Source of the DNA: Balanoglossus misakiensis
Lineage: Eukaryota; Animalia; Hemichordata
Length of the DNA stretch: 64,000 nt
Reading direction: 5' to 3'
NCBI GenBank assembly: GCA_040954595.2
Contig: CM082586.2
Coordinates: 10,695,337 to 10,759,336 of the forward strand
A program made the position numbers and the translations under genes. This document shows positions 61,069-64,000 of the stretch, piece after piece. Position 1 is the first letter of the stretch, and each line of letters starts with the position of its first letter. A model generated the notes under the pieces. That model ran no database searches, was not told the DNA's origin, and was given only the letters and a program-made list of their open reading frames with translations.

Positions 61069-62049
61069 GGAGTGTGTCACACAGGAGACAGTTGGGATTA
61101 TAGTCATAATCTACCTTAGTTTGTTGTCAACAACCAGATGTGGTCGCATTCCGTGCATCCGTGCATATTTTGGAACAACGACTCTATCGAACAGACGTAT
61201 TTCAAACACCTTGGAGAAAAACATCGATGACCAGTGGAATTGACTGTCGCTTGAAATCCGATAGGAATACACCTGTTTACGGTGGACGATACCGACACTC
61301 CTCTGCTAACTTAATCTGCTCTGCTAACTATACCTGCTTTGATTAAGTTGCGTCTAAAACTTTCCTTACAATACAATGTGGGTCTCGACTGTCGGTCCCA
61401 ACTATAGCGACGACAGCCTCGGTATGTTTCGCCGATAGCAATCCGGAGATGAAATTTGCATACAGCAATATCTTTCAAGATAAATAATTTATGTCCTAAA
61501 GGTATTACTTTTAGTGGTCTGACGGAGACGTTTTCTGCTGTAACATGCAAAACCTGCGGCGGACCTGAGGTCATGTTGCGAACACTGTAGTTTTGTTACG
61601 CCCGCCATCCTTCGGACGTTTACCTCATCGGGGCTTCTTTGGGGAATCAGCCACGTCCGAAGGGTGAGAGTGTAAATTCTCTCCCTCTCCTTCTCCACCC
61701 AACATATTCATAGAGTCAGAGAGAGGTACCCGGCATATCGTAAACTTAACGAGAGGCATAACGAGACTTTCAACAAGTTTTCCGAGTAACACAAATAGTT
61801 GTGGTTTATTACTGGTCACACGTAAGAATTACACGACTCTATCCATGCTCGTTGACTCCCGTCACGGATCTCCGGTGATAATAATGTGATATCAAATTTC
61901 ACCACCTCTTATTAATACGTTAGTCAAGTATTATGTCATAAAAGGAACACGTCATCTTAATATTTCTTAAACATGAACTTAGCGCGTGATATCTCTATCT
62001 CGTTCTGACATGTATCAATTACACAATCTTGTTTACTCTGAGTCAAATA

Positions 62050-63870
62050 CCTATTTTTTTTTGGTGATTTTCACCGATGTTTTTTTTTTCAAAAATCGAC
62101 GAACCAATGATTTTTTTCAAAATCGACGAAATTTTGAGATTATGCAAAGTCGAAAATTTTTCATTTTTTGATGATTTTCACCCATGATTTTTTTCAAAAA
62201 TCTACGAAATTTTGAGATTTTGCAAACTCGAAAATGTGTCATTTTTTTATGATTTTCACCCATGATTTTTTTTTAAAAATCGACGAACCCATAATTTTTT
62301 TCAAAATCGACGAAATTTTGAGATTTTGCAGTCTAAAATGTTTCATTTTTTGATGATTTTCACCCATGTTTTTTTTTCAAAAATCGACGAACCCATGTTT
62401 TTTTTCAAAAGTCGACGAAATTTTGAGATTTTGCAGTCTTAAATTTGTCATTTTTTGATGGTTTTCACCCATGTTTTTTTAAAAAATCGACGAACCCGTG
62501 ATTTTTTTTCAAAATCGACGAAATTTTGAGATTTTGCAAAATCAAAAATTTGTCATTTTTTGATGATTTTCACCCATGTTTTTTTTTTCAGAAATCGACG
62601 AACGCATGTTTTTTTTCAAAAATCGACGAAATTTTGAGATTTTGCAGTCGAAAATTTGTCATTTTTTGATGGTTTTCACCCATGTTTTTTTAAAAAATCG
62701 ACGAACCCGTGATTTTTTTCAAAATCGACGAAATTTTGAGATTTTGCAAAATCAAAAATTTGTCATTTTTTTGATGATTTTCACCCATGATTTTTTTTCA
62801 AAAATCGACGAAATTTTGAGATTTGCAGTCGAAAATTTGTCATTTTTTGATGATTTTCACCCATGATTTTTTCAAAAATCGACGAACCCATATTTTTTTT
62901 CAAAATCGACGAAATTTTGAGATTTTGCAAAGTCGAAAATTTGTCATTTTTTGATGATTTTCACCCATGTTTTTTTTTTTCAAAAATCGACGATATTTTG
63001 AGATTTGCAGTCGAAAATTTGTCATTTTTTGATGATTTTCACCCATGATTTTTTCAAAAATTGACGAACCCATAATTTTTTTCAAAATCGACGAAATTTT
63101 GACATTTTGCAAAGTCGAAAATTTGTCATTTTTTGATGATTTTCACCCATGTTTTTTTTCAAAAATCGACGAACCCATGGTTTTTTTTCAAAAATCGACG
63201 ATATTTTGAGATTTCGCAAAGTTGAAAATTTGACATTTGTTGATGATTTTCATGAGCTACAGCCAATGATTTTTTTTTCAAAAATCGACGAAATTTTGAG
63301 ATTTTGCAGTCGAAAATTTGTCATTTTGTTGATTTTCACCCATGTTTTTTTTAAACAATCGACGAACCCATGATTTTTTTTCAAAATCGGCGAACTTTTG
63401 AGATTTGGAAAATCGAAAATTTGTCATTTTTTGATGATTTTCACCCATGATTTTTTTACAAAAATCGACGAACCCATGATTTTTTTCAAAATCGACGAAA
63501 TTTTGAGGTTTTGCAAAGTCGAAAATTTTTCATTTTTTGATGATTTTCACCCATGTTTTTTTTTAAAAATCAACGAACCCATGATTTTTTTTCCAAATCG
63601 ACGAAATTTTGAGATTTTGCAAAGTCGAAAATTCACCCATGTTTTTTTAAAAAATCAACGAACCCATGATTTTTTTCAAAATCGATGAAATTTTGAGATT
63701 TTGCAAAGTCGAAAATTCACCCATGTTTTTTTTCAAAAATCGACGAACCCATAATTTTTTTCAAAATCGACGAAATTTTGAGATTTTGCAAAATCAAAAA
63801 TTTGTCATTTTTTGATGATTTTCACCATGATTTTTTTCAAAAATCGACCAAATTTTGAGATTTTGCAGTT
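62050..63870. repeat. A/T-tract-rich tandem repeat, ~100-bp unit with ~70-bp variants
   Basis: AAAATCGACGAACCCATGATTTTTTTCAAAATCGACGAAATTTTGAGATTTTGCAAAGTCGAAAATTTGTCATTTTTTGATGATTTTCACCCATG repeated about 20 times. Confidence 0.95.
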
Positions 63871-64000
63871 AGTGCGGTATGGTATGTCATGAAAAACAGC
63901 TCCCGTAGGATTGTTGTGCTAAAATTGATTTTTTTGCTGTTTTGGCTTCTATTGGGACCCAACTACCCGAAAATGATGGGGTGCAATTTTAAGGGCCCCT

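Noticed and set aside
62576-63688. Phe/Lys-rich ORFs (FFSKIDEILRF…)
   Set aside because: Translations of the A/T-tract satellite.

Overview
AT-rich, repeat-dominated animal genomic DNA, probably from a marine invertebrate. This is inferred from spliceosomal introns, Deu/Nin-type SINEs, and Helentron-, Kolobok- and Academ-like elements; the species cannot be determined. No intact host gene is visible. In order: (i) a ~900-bp tandem repeat interrupted by a non-autonomous Helentron-like element (1-5.4 kb); (ii) a ~13.4-kb array of a ~194-bp satellite with ~4.3-4.4-kb higher-order structure, embedded in a composite macro-repeat that recurs at ~23.7, 37.1 and 41.8 kb; (iii) a truncated Kolobok DNA transposon (from 25439) whose transposase can be read across 11 GT-AG exons, with a hairpin element, a TTAA MITE and a very young Mag-like Gypsy element (31737-36737, identical 154-bp LTRs, ATCAT TSD) in its introns; (iv) a decayed Gmr1-type Gypsy element (order PR-IN-RT, from 44486), split in frame by a 5.47-kb DNA transposon (47894-53367); (v) a cluster of MITEs, a 2-kb duplication and an A-tract satellite at the end. 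The 47894-53367 element is the best candidate for an undescribed system. It has CAC termini, a 3-bp TSD, bipartite RSS-like terminal repeats, a spliced transposase with RAG1/Transib/Chapaev-like motif order, and a convergent 216-aa orphan ORF. All family assignments come from motif recognition by eye; no searches were run.
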